Assembly: GCF_006345805.1 (NCBI RefSeq)
Contig: NC_042998.1
Span: 13,826,001-13,890,000, forward strand
Direction: 5' to 3'
Length of the DNA stretch: 64,000 nucleotides
Source of the DNA: Octopus sinensis
Taxonomy: Eukaryota
Shown here: positions 40,581-57,022 of the stretch, piece by piece
Numbering within the stretch: the stretch's first letter is position 1
How the letters are laid out: every line of letters starts with the position of its first letter
The notes under the pieces: model-generated
Databases searched by the model: none
Told to the model about the DNA's origin: nothing
What the model saw: only the letters and a program-made list of their open reading frames with translations
Made by a program: the position numbers and the translations under genes

Positions 40581-41794
40581 CAAACATAACCAGAATTTCA
40601 AATATTTAAATCGGGAGCATACACATATCTTTCCAATTTAATTCGTTAATCTTTAAAAAGGAAGATAAAGATATTTGACAAAATATTAATAATAACCATT
40701 GTCAGGACATGTAAGTATATTTCCATACACATAATTTAATAGATTATTGTCTGTATGGTAATTCTAAGAGTATATCTGAATTTTCGCATATTTTAATTTC
40801 AGTGAGATTTGGCAAATTTTCTTAAAAAACCACAGAATGTTGTGTTTATAACTTAATCATGATACCGAAACAAATAGATTTATAAATCTTACGTCAAAAT
40901 TTATTGAAAATTTTCAATGTGTGCCTCGTCTGTATCCTTCCAAATTTCAACTCTATCCTTAGCGTTGTGAAACACATTTTGAAGCATTTGTGAGTAATCG
41001 CTGGCGCTGGTAACTGAATGCGTTATTTATGCTCAGGTAAACTATTGCTCCGTATAACGATAGATGCAGGTTAGGTGATCCAGCAGAAATGAATATAAAA
41101 TTAACAAAAAAAAATTTTAATATTATAAAATTATAGAACAAATTAAAAATTTACACACATATAATTCATATTAAAGAAGATAAATACAAAAGTGAAATTT
41201 TTCAAACACAATTATGCGATTTCACTGAAATCGTGTACTAGCGTGCGATTGCTTGCAGAAATTGAAACAAAATTTTTCATGCGAGTAAATTTTGGAATTG
41301 AGTGGTATGTTATATATTTAGAGAGAGACCTATATTTTTCTTTTTATAAAAAGTCACGTGTACATCAGTTAATACAGATTTACTCAAAGCTGCATAGTTT
41401 CAGAAGCAGTTTCATTAAATTACAGGCCCTGATTTTTGCATTTAGGTAGATATCCCTTCAGGTATGATAGATTTGTTTTTTTACTAGTTTTACATGTGAA
41501 CTTACTGTATTCTCGAATAATGAGGTGAATTCGGGAATTTATGTCAGCAAAATGTAATACGAAACTAACAGAACACGTCTCTCATAACTACTGAAATTTC
41601 ATTTTTTCTTTTTTTTTTTGATTTTGGCAAATTGCAATATTCTACCAAGCGTTTATTAACCATATACATGAAATGAATATATGCAACTTTTCATAGAGTC
41701 ATATTGTACTTAATGTTATTTTGATATTATTAACATGAATCCAGACACACAAACAAACAGAAACACATTTGCGTAAAAACACGCGCATATAGAC

Positions 41795-41850
<56 letters not shown>

Positions 41851-42345
41851 ACACACACATATTTACATAGATTGTAACGTACCTTGCGTATCATTTATGT
41901 AGATGTTAGGTTGTTTTATTTCTAAACCTATATCTCTATTTCCAGTTTTCGCTACTCTAACATTATTATTGCACGTTTTATAGGTAAATGAAGCAATATA
42001 TTTCTGGGGACATGGAATCGTGAGTTTATTTAAGACAAGCGACATCTAATTTGGTCGTTGAATTTTGATTTAGAATTCCGCATTATTTTATCGCCAACAA
42101 CGGTTTGGTAATTCGCTGAACATTTTACTGAGCATTTCAACTGGTCGCTCTTCAGGATAGCTCCTCAAACGTTACAAAGAAGTATACTCATATATATAGA
42201 TACATAAATATATATATATAGATAGCTAGATAGTTGGAAAAATAGACAGATAGATAGATAGGCAGAAATATATATATCTAATAATATTAGGGAGTAAATC
42301 CAAAATTACAGGAAAAAATTAGTTAACTTTAATTTAAATATTTTA

Positions 42346-42393
<48 letters not shown>

Positions 42394-42478
42394 CATATGT
42401 GTTCGTGTGTGTATATTTATGCGCATATATATATATATATTATATATATATATATTATATATATATATAATATATATA

Positions 42479-42523
<45 letters not shown>

Positions 42524-43311
42524 GGCAGAAATATACTGAAACAAATAAAAGAAAATATAATATATATATTTATTACTATGGGTGGTGTGTACGTGTGTGT
42601 GTGTGTACTTGTGTCTGTGTGTGTATGTGTGAGGTAGAATTCGCGTGTGTATATATTTGTGTGTAGGAGTCATTGTTGGTTAATTTACAATTAACCTCCC
42701 CTTCATATTAATAAAATGATATATGATTTATCATCTGAAATTCACACTGCCGGTCTTTTTTGTTATTTTCACGTATTGCCTTTTTTTTTATCATATTAAT
42801 TGATGATTTTATACATTGGTTCGACACTCGACATCAATATTGATGAGCATTAATTGTTAAAATGACCTTCAAACATCATATTAGAACAGAGTACTAGTGT
42901 ATCCTTCCCTTGAAGCTTTAACGGCGTAATTACCAATCGATCAAGTGTGCTATATAGCAAAGAATAATGACAGAGATACAAAGAACTTACGTGAACTTGC
43001 TCAAAGTTTAAATTTTGTTGTTTTTCACGTTCAATTCCTTTGCTAATTACATAGGTTTATTTAACTGGTGGATGTACAGGTTCAGGAATTTTTATTTTCA
43101 AATTCTTGTTAATGTATTACGCATTTAATATTCAAAATGTTATTTGCTATTGATGTTGTTCCTGCTGTTCTTTCATTTCTTTTTTCGTTGTTCTACCCCT
43201 TGATTCTCATCATATAATTATTGATAATATTGATGCTGATGTTGTTATGGATGGTGAAATTGATACTGTGTTGTTGTTAATTTCATTACTATTAAAACTA
43301 CTACCACTACA

Positions 43312-43378
<67 letters not shown>

Positions 43379-44039
43379 TCAATAACCATGATAATAAGGA
43401 TAATAATTTAGTTAGGTTTTTTAATATTTTTGTTATTATATAGATGTCATAAAATTTTTAAGTACTTTAAATGTATATGTGTGTTTGTGTGTGTGTATGT
43501 ATTTATTTATTTATGTATATGTATGTGCATGTGTGTGCGTGTGTATACATATATATATATTCATAGATAGTAGTCCACAATGTACTCATACATACATATA
43601 TGCATTTGTGTATACTTAGGTTCGTGTATGTATGATGCTTCAGTGAATGCGTTTTATGTAAATGTATATTTTTACATTATTTCATTGGGAAAAATTATTA
43701 TTGGCATTAAATCTATCATAAAATATATCAAAGAAACTGACTGAGTATAAAATACAGTTAACATATACACGTAAGATTTGGTATTCTCTGTTGTGAAATA
43801 ATTATCATTGTCAGAAGTGAGAGATGCAAGCTGCAGCTATGAAATCTAACTGATTACCAGATAAATATACATTGAAACAGAGTGGCCTACTTTTGAACGT
43901 TAATGAACCAATATATCCAACTTTGATATACAAAATTCAACCATAGAATTAGGATTATGAATGCTTTGAAAAGATTTTCAATAAATAAATTAGTAGATGC
44001 TAAAAGGTGGAGTGAAGTAGGATGAGAAATGAGACATTA

Positions 44040-44098
<59 letters not shown>

Positions 44099-44323
44099 CT
44101 GTGTGTGTGTGTGTGAGTATAGAAAAAAGTACAGATGTATCCTATTTTCTTCCACTCTAAATTTCCCACACACTTTCGTTCTCTCCCACATTCTCATTTC
44201 ATTTTTACACTCTCCACACATGCATGTATAGATATATACGTACATCTATCTGTCTAGTAATCTATATGTATACACACATATTAATATATATATATATATA
44301 TATGTATATGTAACCCTACAGAC

Positions 44324-44372
<49 letters not shown>

Positions 44373-45038
44373 TATATATATATAATATATAAACAGTATA
44401 TATATACACACATATGTATATATATATACATACGTATATATATATGTATGTATATATGTATGTATGTATTATGTATATATGTACGTATGTATGTATGTAA
44501 ACTAGCACATAAATAACCACTTATCCATATACATGTGTTTGTGTGTGTGGAGACGTGTGACTAGATATTTAATGTGCCGCAATCAAGACCATAAAGTTGT
44601 AGTTTCGATTCCTGGATCGTTTTTTTTTTGCAGCAAAACTCTTAATCTAACGGGGATTAGTTAACTCATTTGGCAAGATATGAATAATCCTTAGATGAGA
44701 CGGCGTTCCCTCCAGAGGTGGAGAGGCATATGTACACCACAGAAAACTGGAAGCATGCCTTATGAGCTTATGACGCTGGAAGAGTATTTTTTATATACGA
44801 GTGCATCGATTTAAATACACAATTAATTACAGTAGCGTGACTGAGCGCAGCAGACAATGAAGCATACAGAGTGTTTGAAATCTATGCGGGAAATATTTCC
44901 CGATATACGTCTAATAGGAAATAATATAATATAATTTATACATATCCATGAATATTTAAAATCTATGTGTATCACATTTTTTCTCTTGTACGGAGATAAA
45001 GTTCATAATTTACAGTTATACACTTTGCACTATTATAT

Positions 45039-45452
45039 ACTCTTTACTCTTTTTACTCTTTTACTTGTTTCAGTCATTTGACTGCGGCCATGCTGGAGCA
45101 CCGCCTTTAATCGAGCAACTCGACCCCGGGATTTATTCTTTTGTAAGCCCTGTACTTATTCTATCGGTCTCTTTTGCCGAACCGGTAAGTAACGGGGACA
45201 TAGACACACCAGCATCGGTTGTCAAGCAATGCTAGGGGGACAAACACACACACGCATATATATATATATATATATATATAATATACATATATACGACGGG
45301 CTTCTTTCAGTTTCCGTCTACCAAATCTACTCACAAGACTTTGGTCGGCCCGAGGCTATAGTAGAAGATACTTGCCCAAGGTGCCACGCAGTGGGACTGA
45401 ACCCGGAAAAATGTATTTGGTAAACAAGCTACTTTCCACACAGCCACTCCTG
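45039..45452 (-). mobile_element. CORE-type SINE, near full length
   Basis: Collinear with 10356-10771. Confidence 0.92.
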
Positions 45453-46100
45453 ATTAATAACGGCTTCTAATTTAGGTATAAAGTTAGAAAGAAATAGCTG
45501 ATACTGTCGATTCCAGTATGTGACTAATACTTAATCATATTGCTCCACATTGATGAAAGTAGATCTCGATGGTACTTGAAGTCAAAACATAAATCGATGG
45601 AAGATATAATTTAGTACTCTTCCTTCAACGCTATAATGATTACGTCAACTCGACTTAAGATAATTAATAATCCTTTTTACGATAGGCGCAAGGGATGACA
45701 GTTCGCGGGAAGTCTCTATTCGGTGATATCGACGCCAGAGCCCGAATGGTATGATGTATTTCATTGACGCCGAAACGACGATAGAGAAAGTTGACTTCGC
45801 AGAAATATAAACTCGGAACATTAAGATATACGAAATTTCATCGGTTTCCAATTGATGACAGGCAAAATCGACCACGGTAGGATTTGAACTTAGAACGTCA
45901 ACATGGATGAAATTCCGTTGGGTTTTATCTGACCCGGTAATGACACTTCCAGCAAGCCACTGTTCAGGAAATTAACAACATCTTCTTTAATCGTAGAATT
46001 AAAATTGTGTATATTATATAATCCATGATACTCAAAAATACTCCATCAGAACTACTAAGTGTAAATTTTCTAAAAGGTAAACAGCTCTTATGTTAATATC

Positions 46101-46512
46101 TCTCTTTTCTCTCTTTTACTTGTTTTAGTCATTTGACTGCGGCCATGCTGGAGCACCGCCTTTAGTCGAGCAAATCGACCCCGGGACTTATTGTTTGTAA
46201 GCCCAGTACTTATTCTATCGGTCTCTTTTGCCGAACCGCTAAGTTACGGGGAGGTAAATAAACCAGCATCGGTTGTCAAGCAATGCTAGGGGGACAAACA
46301 CAGACACACAAACATATACACACACACTTATATATATACATACATATATACGACAGGCTTCTTTCAGTTTCCGTCTACCCAATCACTCACAAGATATTCG
46401 TCGGCCGGGGCTATAGCAGAAGACCACTTGCCCAAGATGCCACGCAGTGGGACTGAACCCGGAACCATGTGGTTGGTTAGCAAGCTACTTACCACACAGC
46501 CACTCCTGCGCT
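46101..46512 (-). mobile_element. CORE-type SINE, full length
   Basis: Collinear with 10356-10771. Confidence 0.92.
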
Positions 46513-47900
46513 TATATGGATTAATTTTACTTAAGTGCATCACCGGAAGTATTAACAAATCCTTGTAATTGCTGTTATAAGGCCAGAAAAACTATGAGTG
46601 CGGAAATGTGAATTTAAGCAATATAACTGCTTCTCTCTAAATTTGAACATTAAATTGTGTTTATTTTGCCTTTTATTTCCATCGTGTCATTTACATAACG
46701 TATATTAATATAATAGGGTGCATTCAGTATCCTAAAATTACTGTCAATATTTACCCACCCATTAAGCAAGTGTATATTGGACGATATTGCTTTATCCCTT
46801 TTTTTTCTTTTTCTTTTGTTTGATAATTAAACAACAAGATTTCTCTTAGTGAATACAGCGTTGTGCTAGAATATCTTGATTCGTAAAGACTACCTATCTT
46901 ATTGCTCTATGATATTGCTATAAAAGAAATCATCTTCTGACAACGTTTAAAATAGAGAAAGTTTTTGCTTAGACAGCTATATCATACTTATCATACAAGC
47001 TTTAGCAAGACCTTCTCCACTTTGTCAATCAAAAGCATATTCATATAACATTGAAATGCATATTTATATCACAGTAGATTTACCATATTCATATAAAGTC
47101 ATGGCCTGCTGCGTTCGGTTTAAAAGACAAAGGATCATCAGCTCCACAAGAACCATTTCTGTTACAGGTACAATTCCTGTCATTTATAGAAGTGGAGGCA
47201 GTCGATTACGACGATGAAACTACACAAATATTATTTTATCGACACCCGAGGGGCAAAGTCGACCTCAGCAGAATTTGAGCTCAAAACCTAGATGCGACAA
47301 ATATGCCGTTAAGAAGCATTTCCGGCGTGCTAACTATTCTGCTAACTCGCTTCTGCTAACTTCACTGCAGATGTATGGAAAGCGCATTTCAATATTTAAA
47401 AGAGCACATATTTGTGATCCAGGTAATTATAAATTCATATGGTTATAAAGACTGTGAGAATTGCCATAAAAGGAAATCAGACAATATAAATAATAATTTA
47501 CAGTGAGACATAAATTGTTATAAAATAGAAATGCACTACATTTCATTTTAACCCGAATATAAAACAGAAGTTATGCTTTCATTAAATTCAAGAGAATTTT
47601 TACAGCTTCGGCACATCACAATTTCGACGAAGTCTTCGAATTTATAATCTAGTTTAGACAGCAGTATTTTTAATACATTTTATATATGAAATTTTAGAAA
47701 AGATAGAATTTATAATTAAATAATATTTAATACTCTTTTAGTGAAAAATAGCAAAATTGATGTTATATATATCTATATATATATATATGCGTGTTTCTGT
47801 GTAAATGTCTGCCTGTGTGTATGAGTACAAGGAAGCAAATCTATGATAAACAGAAACACACGTGCTTTTATATTATATGCGTATGCATGTATGCATATAG

Positions 47901-47989
<89 letters not shown>

Positions 47990-48611
47990 TATACATATAT
48001 GTATATATGTGTATATATTATATTATATAATATATATATATATATAATATCTATATGTATAATATATACATATATATGTGCGTATGGGTATACACACACA
48101 CCGTATATATATATATGTATGCAAAATACTTATCAGATATCTAATTCTTGCGTGATTCATATCGTCTGTTTCAGGAAAACCAGCCTGATCTTATTAAGTA
48201 CCAAGTATTTTCTTCTTTGGTAATACTTTAGCAAAACTTTAAAACAAAACTCATCTAATTTGATTGACATTTCGTGACTTGAAATAAAGTACTTCAGCGT
48301 CAACGGTGAACTTCCGAAAACCATCGCACCTGCAACAAGATCTAGACAAGAGAAAACTTCTCCTCTCTCACACAATACCACTTGAAGAGTACATTTTAAT
48401 ACAGATATTCAGTCCGAGTGTTATCCGCTGTCATTCCTTATTTCTTTCGTTTGGTTGTCATTTCTCTTTAAAATTTTCGATAAATAAAAGATCAATTATT
48501 TTGTATGCACGTATTATGTGTCTATACTTATATATGTGTGTTTATGTGTGAATACATTTACGTACATCTCTGTATCATTTCTGTGTAAGAATAAGTATAC
48601 ACATAAGTACT

Positions 48612-48677
<66 letters not shown>

Positions 48678-48850
48678 TACATTTATATATATTTATATAC
48701 ATACATATATGTATATACACACATACATACATTTATGTATAATATACATATATATGTATTTGTATATATATAATATATATATATATGTATGTATGTATAT
48801 ATATATGTATATGTATACATTATATATATATATATAATATATATATATAG

Positions 48851-48881
<31 letters not shown>

Positions 48882-49210
48882 GTCTATATATGTATATGTG
48901 TGTAAGTGCGCGCACTTGTGTGTGTATGTGTGTTTATAGCTGCAATACAATGTTCTATCTCAGAACGTTCTAAGGAAAAATTCTCCAACTTTACAGACCA
49001 TGGTACGCAACCGCTTTGGTTTGGCCTGCGGGGATCTCTATCATGCCCAGTTTTATTTTTTATTTCAATAAATTGTATTTGGAAATGTCATCATATTTAA
49101 AGAAGAATCTTTGTAAATGACCCTATATTCCATCGTGTCATTAAGGAGACATCTGACCAAACAAACTTCTTATCCGTTCTGCATGCTATGATGGAAAGGG
49201 CAATAAATCA

Positions 49211-49251
<41 letters not shown>

Positions 49252-49731
49252 AACGTTGCTGAAGGAAGAGAAATTCAGTTTCATTGACATCTGGAAGAAG
49301 AATTTACCTAAACAGTCGTATTCCTTTGGTTCGTTTGAGCTCTCTTTAATGTCAAATTATAACAGCATCTCGTGTGCAACTGTGTAATTCGGTCTGAGAT
49401 GGTGAGTCGCGTGGGTCCTTAGAACTTTCAAGTTCAGAGAATCTGATACAAGCATCCTCCCATGTATATGTGCACTAGGTAGGCAGGAGTAGGATGCCCG
49501 CAATGTTCTACCAACAAGTCCAAATATGTCATTATCATCATTGAAGCAACTAAGAGAATAGTATTCTTTTGTATTCTAGACGCAACGCCCGAAAATTTTG
49601 GAGGTGATGGACAGTTGATTAGATCTAAACCAGCACGCAGCTGGTACTTAATTTATCGACACCGAGAGGATGAAAGGCAAAGTCGACATGGGCGGATTTT
49701 TGAATTCATACATAAAGACAAACGAAATACC

Positions 49732-49962
49732 TATTTCTGTATTACCCACAAGGGGCTAAACATAGAGGGGACAAACAAGGACAGACATAGGTACTATGTC
49801 GATTTCGTCGACCCCAGTGCGTAACTGGTACTTATTTAATCGACCCCGAAAGATGAAAGGCAAAGTCGACCTCGGCGGAATTTGAACTCAGAACGTAACG
49901 GCAGACGAAATAACGCTAAGCACTTCACCCAGCGTGCTAACATTTCTGCCAGCTTGCCGCCT
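49732..49962 (-). mobile_element. SINE of the 11221 family, full length, with decayed neighbours at about 49600-49700 and 50020-50205
   Basis: Reverse complement matches 11221-11455 end to end. Confidence 0.9.
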
Positions 49963-50816
49963 GTACTCTGAGAATAATATTCTTTCCTACTCTAGCCACA
50001 AAGCCCGAATTTTTGGGGAAGGGGAATAGTCGATTAGCTTTTTCCCAGTACGCAAATGGTACTTAATTTATCGACCCCACACCCCTCCAAAGGGTGAAAG
50101 GAAAAGTCGACCACGGCAGAATATGAACTCAGAACGTAGAAACATACGAAATACCGTTAAGCATTTCGTCTGGCGTGCTAATGTTTCTGCCAGCTCGTCG
50201 GCTTACTCAAACAATATTATTAAATTAATTATGTTGTATAGAACGCATTAACTATTTGTATGCTATGTTGTGGGTTCCAACAACACTTTTGCAATGACGA
50301 ATAAATTAAATCCGTCCTTTCGAGATCTTGTTCATATCAAAGTTCAAAAGACGCCCAAAGTTTAAACCCATAGCCGTACATATCCTATAAAACTTGAGAA
50401 CATATTATTTATCTATATTCATCATTAATTTGAAAGGCTCTAAAAACTAAGCTAAAAACCTTCATCATATTTAAATAGAACATGCATGTCTTCCAAAACA
50501 CAAATGAAAGACCATTGATACCTGGATGCTTCGCAGTAATCAACAACTCCTCATATGATTAATCTATGACTGAGAAATCTGCTCTAGTTTCGAGAAATAA
50601 TCTCGAGATGGTGTGAACCAATGATGGCCATAACGTGCATACCATGAATATATATATATATATATACAGAGAGAGAGAGAGATACATATATATACTCATA
50701 CTGATACCATTATATATCTATCTCCCTATGTATGTATATATGTATGTATGTATCTATGTACCTATCCATCCATCCATCTATCTAACTATCTATCTATCTA
50801 TCCATCTATCTATCTT

Positions 50817-50882
<66 letters not shown>

Positions 50883-50962
50883 CATTTCCTGAGCGCCTAT
50901 TAATAATAATACTGTAATTGTTCCATTGTTGTTGTTTTTTGTTTTCCCGTTTGGATTAAAAT

Positions 50963-51016
<54 letters not shown>

Positions 51017-51260
51017 TGTCTATCTGTAATTCTATAGGTAGATAGATAGACAGATAGATAGATAGTATCCTAGCAGTGACGGTATCGCTAGATCATGCGT
51101 TCGACTCCAGGACATCAAAGTGCTCGAAGTGTTCTTAAGCAAAACACTTCATTTCACGTCGCTCTACGATCATTCCGGGATCTGACCTGCGACACACTTA
51201 TACAATTGTGCGTGTAATAAAGATTTGAGGAAAAAGTGATCTAAAATACAGGAGAGTCAA

Positions 51261-51405
<145 letters not shown>

Positions 51406-51631
51406 GCAATTGGAAAGTAAAAACAATAAATTGAAGAATTATAAATTCAATTCAATTTAAATAGTTTATACCAGCAAATGACACATCTCGTAAATTGCAG
51501 CTGTATGTTCATTTTTTTTTTTTTGCCTATTGGAATAAGATTTTTATTGATATAAGCCAGTAAACACTTCGAAAATTTAATATCGCTTAGGTCAATTTTA
51601 CCCCTAGCTAAATTGTTATATACATACCTAA

Positions 51632-51684
<53 letters not shown>

Positions 51685-51785
51685 CATGCATATATATATA
51701 ATAAATAAATAAGATATATATATATTATATACACATGCATATATATATAAATAAATAAGATATACATATATATATATATGTGTGA

Positions 51786-51825
<40 letters not shown>

Positions 51826-54800
51826 ACAAGCTTTTCTAAGATAGGATGGAGGTAAGATATTATACCTATGAGATATACGTCACAAAAAGTTTTGGTTTCA
51901 AAGTACAACAGACATCTTAGTTAAATGTCACCGAATGTGGGATGTGATATTTCGATCTAATTTCCTCTCTTTATTGATGCACTCCTCAGATATTCTAAGA
52001 CTAGAAGTATTTATTCCTATATTATCATTACGCCAAACTTTAAGTGATTAGAGCCAAAGCTGGCCAGACTAGAATAGATTCACACTTGAAAAACTATTAC
52101 ATTAAAACATCGAAGTGGATATGTCCATATTTATTTAGTCAATTGCTGTTTATATCCGTACATTTAGAATCACAATCATTCATATGTCCTTATAAATAAA
52201 CACACACATACACACACACAGGCAGGTATATATACATAAATATATTCTCGACGCATATACGCAAATGTACTCATATTTACTGGCTACCGCATCTTGTTAA
52301 ACATTTAAATAGACAATCTTTATATGTTTGGACGGAGATATTTAAAAATTGGTATAAATATATAGAACATCTTAAATTTGGTGCGATTAAAAGCACATTT
52401 TGTTTGATTTTAGTTTTGTATCAGTTAAACGTAGATGCAATTTACAAAATATAACTGAGGAACTACTGCAAAATTTTGAATAATGAATATGATTAATATA
52501 CACGAATTTAATATTTTGCTTTAATGTTCAATTTTATACTTCTTTTAGAATATATATTTCTCAAATATGGTAATTATATATGGCTAATTTCTTTTTTATG
52601 TCTTCGTTCGAGAAATTATATCCTTATCTTTTTTTTTCTATTCTCTATGTCCTTGTTCATACTCATCGTTGTTTTATGTTGTTGCTTTGGTTGAAACTAT
52701 TTAATATGTATAACGATAAGTGTAACACATTTGTAAATAACAGTGCAACAAATATAAAACCACACTTCCCATGTACTTCACTGCTGTTTCCTTCTTTTTA
52801 CTTAATCAGATTCTTCGATTTTCATCAAGTGTCAATTTCAAATTACAATGTTTTCATCTTTTAGCAAAGTAGCAGTATTTTGTCCCCGGTGGAAATAGTG
52901 ATTTCAGATTCTTTTTTTGTTTTATTTTAGATCAATGCTATTTATTTCTCAAATATTTTTGCTTTTATTTACATTCTTTATTTACATTCTTTAATTCATC
53001 GGAATTTTTCATGTTTCTTTTGCTCTATATTGTTAATAATTTTTTTTATGTACGAAGCCATTGTTGTATGGATTAAAAGCCTAAGCCATTTATACGAGAT
53101 ATTTTCTACTCGTTAATATTATTTTTTTCTTATTATTTATGTTATTATTGTTAAGACTTCCCTTGTCATCGCAATAATATTATGCTGTTCTTGTTACTAC
53201 TGTTGTCATGGTTATTTTCTATTTTCGCCGCTATGTATCTTCGTATCAGTGTGTGTTTTTGTGTGTGTGTGCGTATGTCTCATTGTGTTTTAATGTATAT
53301 GCGCATTTATGTATCTGTGTTGATGTTCTAGTCAGCATTATGAATCTATTATTGTTCCTCTGTTATGTATTGTTGATGTTTTTTTTCTGCGTCTTCTTGT
53401 CTATTAAATCGTTTGATGTTTTTAACTGCTATAGTAACCATTATTGTTTAAATTATTCATGTTTACGTTGCCTTATTTTCGACTTTGCCATCAGTGTTTT
53501 TGCTATTGTTGTCGTTCTAGTTATTGTCCCTGCTTTACTGATGATGTTGTATTTATGCTAATGCTGTTATATAATACGCTCCTTTTCTTCTCAACACTCT
53601 TTTTCTTTTTACTGCTCTTCTTTCTTATTCTACTCCACTTTCATTGTTTTAATTTTTTCTTGCGTTTTTACTGATAGCTTTTCTTCAGAGCCGGGGATTT
53701 TTATGGACATTGTATACTCCGACCAATATTGTTACGGTCAACAGTATTAATATTTCTGCTAATGTTACTTACACGTTTTTAATTCTTTGTCGTATTTACT
53801 GTTTTCCCCCTTAATGGCGTTACTGTCAATGCTTGAGATGCTTCTTATTACGTTCAGAGAATTAACAGTTGCTGATACAAAAATTCTTGGCTTTAACACA
53901 AATTTATCAGTGATGTGCGTATATATAGAAATGTTGTTTCTGAATATTAGAGGAAGTAATAATTCCGTCGGGGTCGACTTTGCCTTTCATCCTGTCAGGA
54001 TTGATGAAATAGGAAGGAGTTATGGACTTGGCTTGATGTAATCAACTTACACGTCCCGAAATTTGCTGGAATTGTGCCAAAATTTGAAACAAATATTAAA
54101 GGTCATCACCAGGCGTTTCCTAGCACTTAGGTGGAGAAAACACGTGAACCTGCTTTGATCCCAGAATGAGGAACAAAGTTCTTGAGTCGCCATATGACTA
54201 ATGCCATTTTGGTTAATGGTAAATCTATGTTCCTATGGGAGGCAGATTAAATACTCTTAGCATTTGTGGAAGTTAAGTGCAATTAAATTTACGTGTCTAC
54301 TTGACCAAATCATAATATTCTATAGAGAATTACAAACAAATTCGACAGGAACAGAACTAAATTCAACAATACATTTTACCAATCATTCTACAGGCGCTAC
54401 CACTCAGTGCATTTGTACTGATATCTCACACCTGCAAAAGATTCAAAATGTTGAGGTAGAGTGATGAACTTGAATATTAGTTTTAATACACAAGTTCAAA
54501 TCTGCTAACATTATTCTACGACCTTCCAAAATTGAAAGCCAATGATAAACGTGATGAGATTTGAAAAGATACAGGTGATACAGGTGTGTCTTCTTTCCTG
54601 TTCCTTTAATACCATCTACAAAATAGCATATTCGACAGAGTGATACTAATATATTTGTTTCCATACATGCCTCTTAAATGGAGTAGAGATATGAGTAGAC
54701 AGTGACGTATCGTATCTATAGCTACAAGAAACCTGAATGATCTGCGTAATAACCTATAACTCATTGTCCAATCAGACAAGCAGATACACTCACCTCTTAA

Positions 54801-55914
54801 ATTGTGGTAAGAGAGAAACTTAAAATTGTTAAACAGTGTTTAGTACATAAAATTTCTGGGTGAATTTACAAGCAGATTAACCAGGCTTATACATATTCCC
54901 TTTGCTTCCTTGCATCCTTTTTAACTTTCTGGATGAACTATTCGCAACCTTCTGGCGGGTTGCTTATGCAAGCTTTAAGCTTGTTGCAAACGCTTATTAA
55001 TCGGAATGTGACCTGCATGCGCCAATATTCAAGTCACCGAGACTTAGGTAGAATTCTAACCCGGCACACCATCAGCCGAAACGGTTACACAAAGAATCTT
55101 GTCTGTCGTACTAACCATTCTACTAATCCGCCGCTCTAGAACGCTGAAAATAATTTCACCGTGATGCGAACCCAAAATAATATCAAGCCTAAAGGAATAA
55201 TAAAATTCTGCCACTCTATTGTCTCCTCATTGTTAATTCAGTGCCAGTTCGGTTCATTATGCAGAGATCTATTATTTAGTTAATTCTCCTATTAAGCAAC
55301 GTATCATGATATTCATCAGTAGTTTAAGCGTGTATTGAGATATTGTGTGCGATAACATTAGTTAGATGTGTAGCATTATGATGGAGTGTAATTTAGTGCC
55401 AAGATAAAGTCAATATATTTCATAGGATAATTAGAGGTTAAATCAAGATTATAGTCTGTAAGTTACTACAGTATTCAAATATAACCATATTGAATGTCCT
55501 AAATATATATTAATGGGAATATTTTTTAAGGATAAGGGAGTAAAACGTAGCATTAATTTTGTGGGAAAAATTGACACTATATTGTGATCTAAACGATACG
55601 TTTCATTTCACTTCTACTGCTGCTGTTGTAAATTCTTCTGGCTCGGCTGCCGCCAACGCTTCTTCCGCCGCTGCTGCAGCTGGTACTACTGCTTCTTCTA
55701 CTACTACTGCTGCTGCTGCTAATTATTTTTTGCATACATCTTCACACGTGTATATCTACAAGCATATATATATACACGGGTGTATGTGTCTCTCTGTGTT
55801 TACACCCTATACAACTTGACAACTGGTATTTTTTATTTCGCATCCGCCGTTAGGTAGGGGTTCCACCAAAAGGCTGATACAAAAAGTATTAGGTGTAAAT
55901 AAAGTAGATTTTTG

Positions 55915-56573
55915 TTTCAAATTTTCCTGGGGTCGAGTAATCCATCTCAAACAAACGGTCCTTGAATAAGGGTTGTTTAAGGATTTTGAACGAAATACCC
56001 ATGTTGCTAGAGCTAGATTATCCAAACCCCACAACTTCTGTTCGTGATCAGAGATGCACATATCGGCAGCCACTAAGGGACATGCTCATTATTACCGTCT
56101 GATAAGGGTACTCTAGAGACATGCATCACAACCATATTTGCGCGTCATGGTGATCTCACATCAAGATAAACAGTACATGGCCTTGCAGGTGGGGCCCATT
56201 TAGAATTTTCTTCAGGTCGAGTAACCCATCCCGCTCAAAAGGTCCCTGAATAAGGCTTGTTTAATGATGTTGAACGAAACTCCTATGTTTCCAGAGGTGA
56301 ATTATTCAAGCCCCAAAGAATCCCTCTCACATGACTATGATGCCCTCCCCCACTACTTCTGCTCGTGATCAGAGATGCATATATTTTCAGTCACTAAGGG
56401 ACATGCTCAATTGGTTAAGATCAAACAACTGACAAGCAAATCTGTGGTATTGAGCAGAATATTTGCTGTAGCCCATCTTTTATACCAAGACAAAACAATG
56501 TACATGATAACACTTCCAATCAGTTAAGATCAGAAGCCATGAGAGTCACTGCCTGGTACTGCATCAGGGCATT
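55915..56573 (-). mobile_element. Unclassified TAA-flanked non-coding repeat plus a diverged partial second copy
   Basis: 56094-56573 starts right after an (AAT)n run and overlaps the family at 2204-2371; 55915-56090 repeats 56205-56408 with deletions. Confidence 0.7.
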
Positions 56574-56595
56574 TATTATTACTATCATTATTATT

Positions 56596-56636
<41 letters not shown>

Positions 56637-56669
56637 TATCATTATTATTATTATTATGATTATTATTAC

Positions 56670-56718
<49 letters not shown>

Positions 56719-56964
56719 TGGTTGTTTCGTTAGCAGGTCGAATGAGGCGTTTCGCCCGTCTTTACGTTTGCAGTTCAAGTTCCACCGTTGTCGGTTCATC
56801 CTCGCCGGGTCTATGAAATAAGTTCCAGTTAAGTACTAAAGGTCAGGTCAATTTTATCAACTAGCCTCATACTCTTAGAAAGGATTAATCATATTATTTC
56901 TACTGAAGCTGCTGCTGCTGCCACTACAACGACAACCGCTGATTCTTCTTCTGCTGCTGCTACA

Positions 56965-57022
<58 letters not shown>

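Noticed and set aside
55559-55819. Ala/Ser/Thr-rich ORF as an exon
   Set aside because: Degenerate (GCT/ACT)n sequence without convincing splice context
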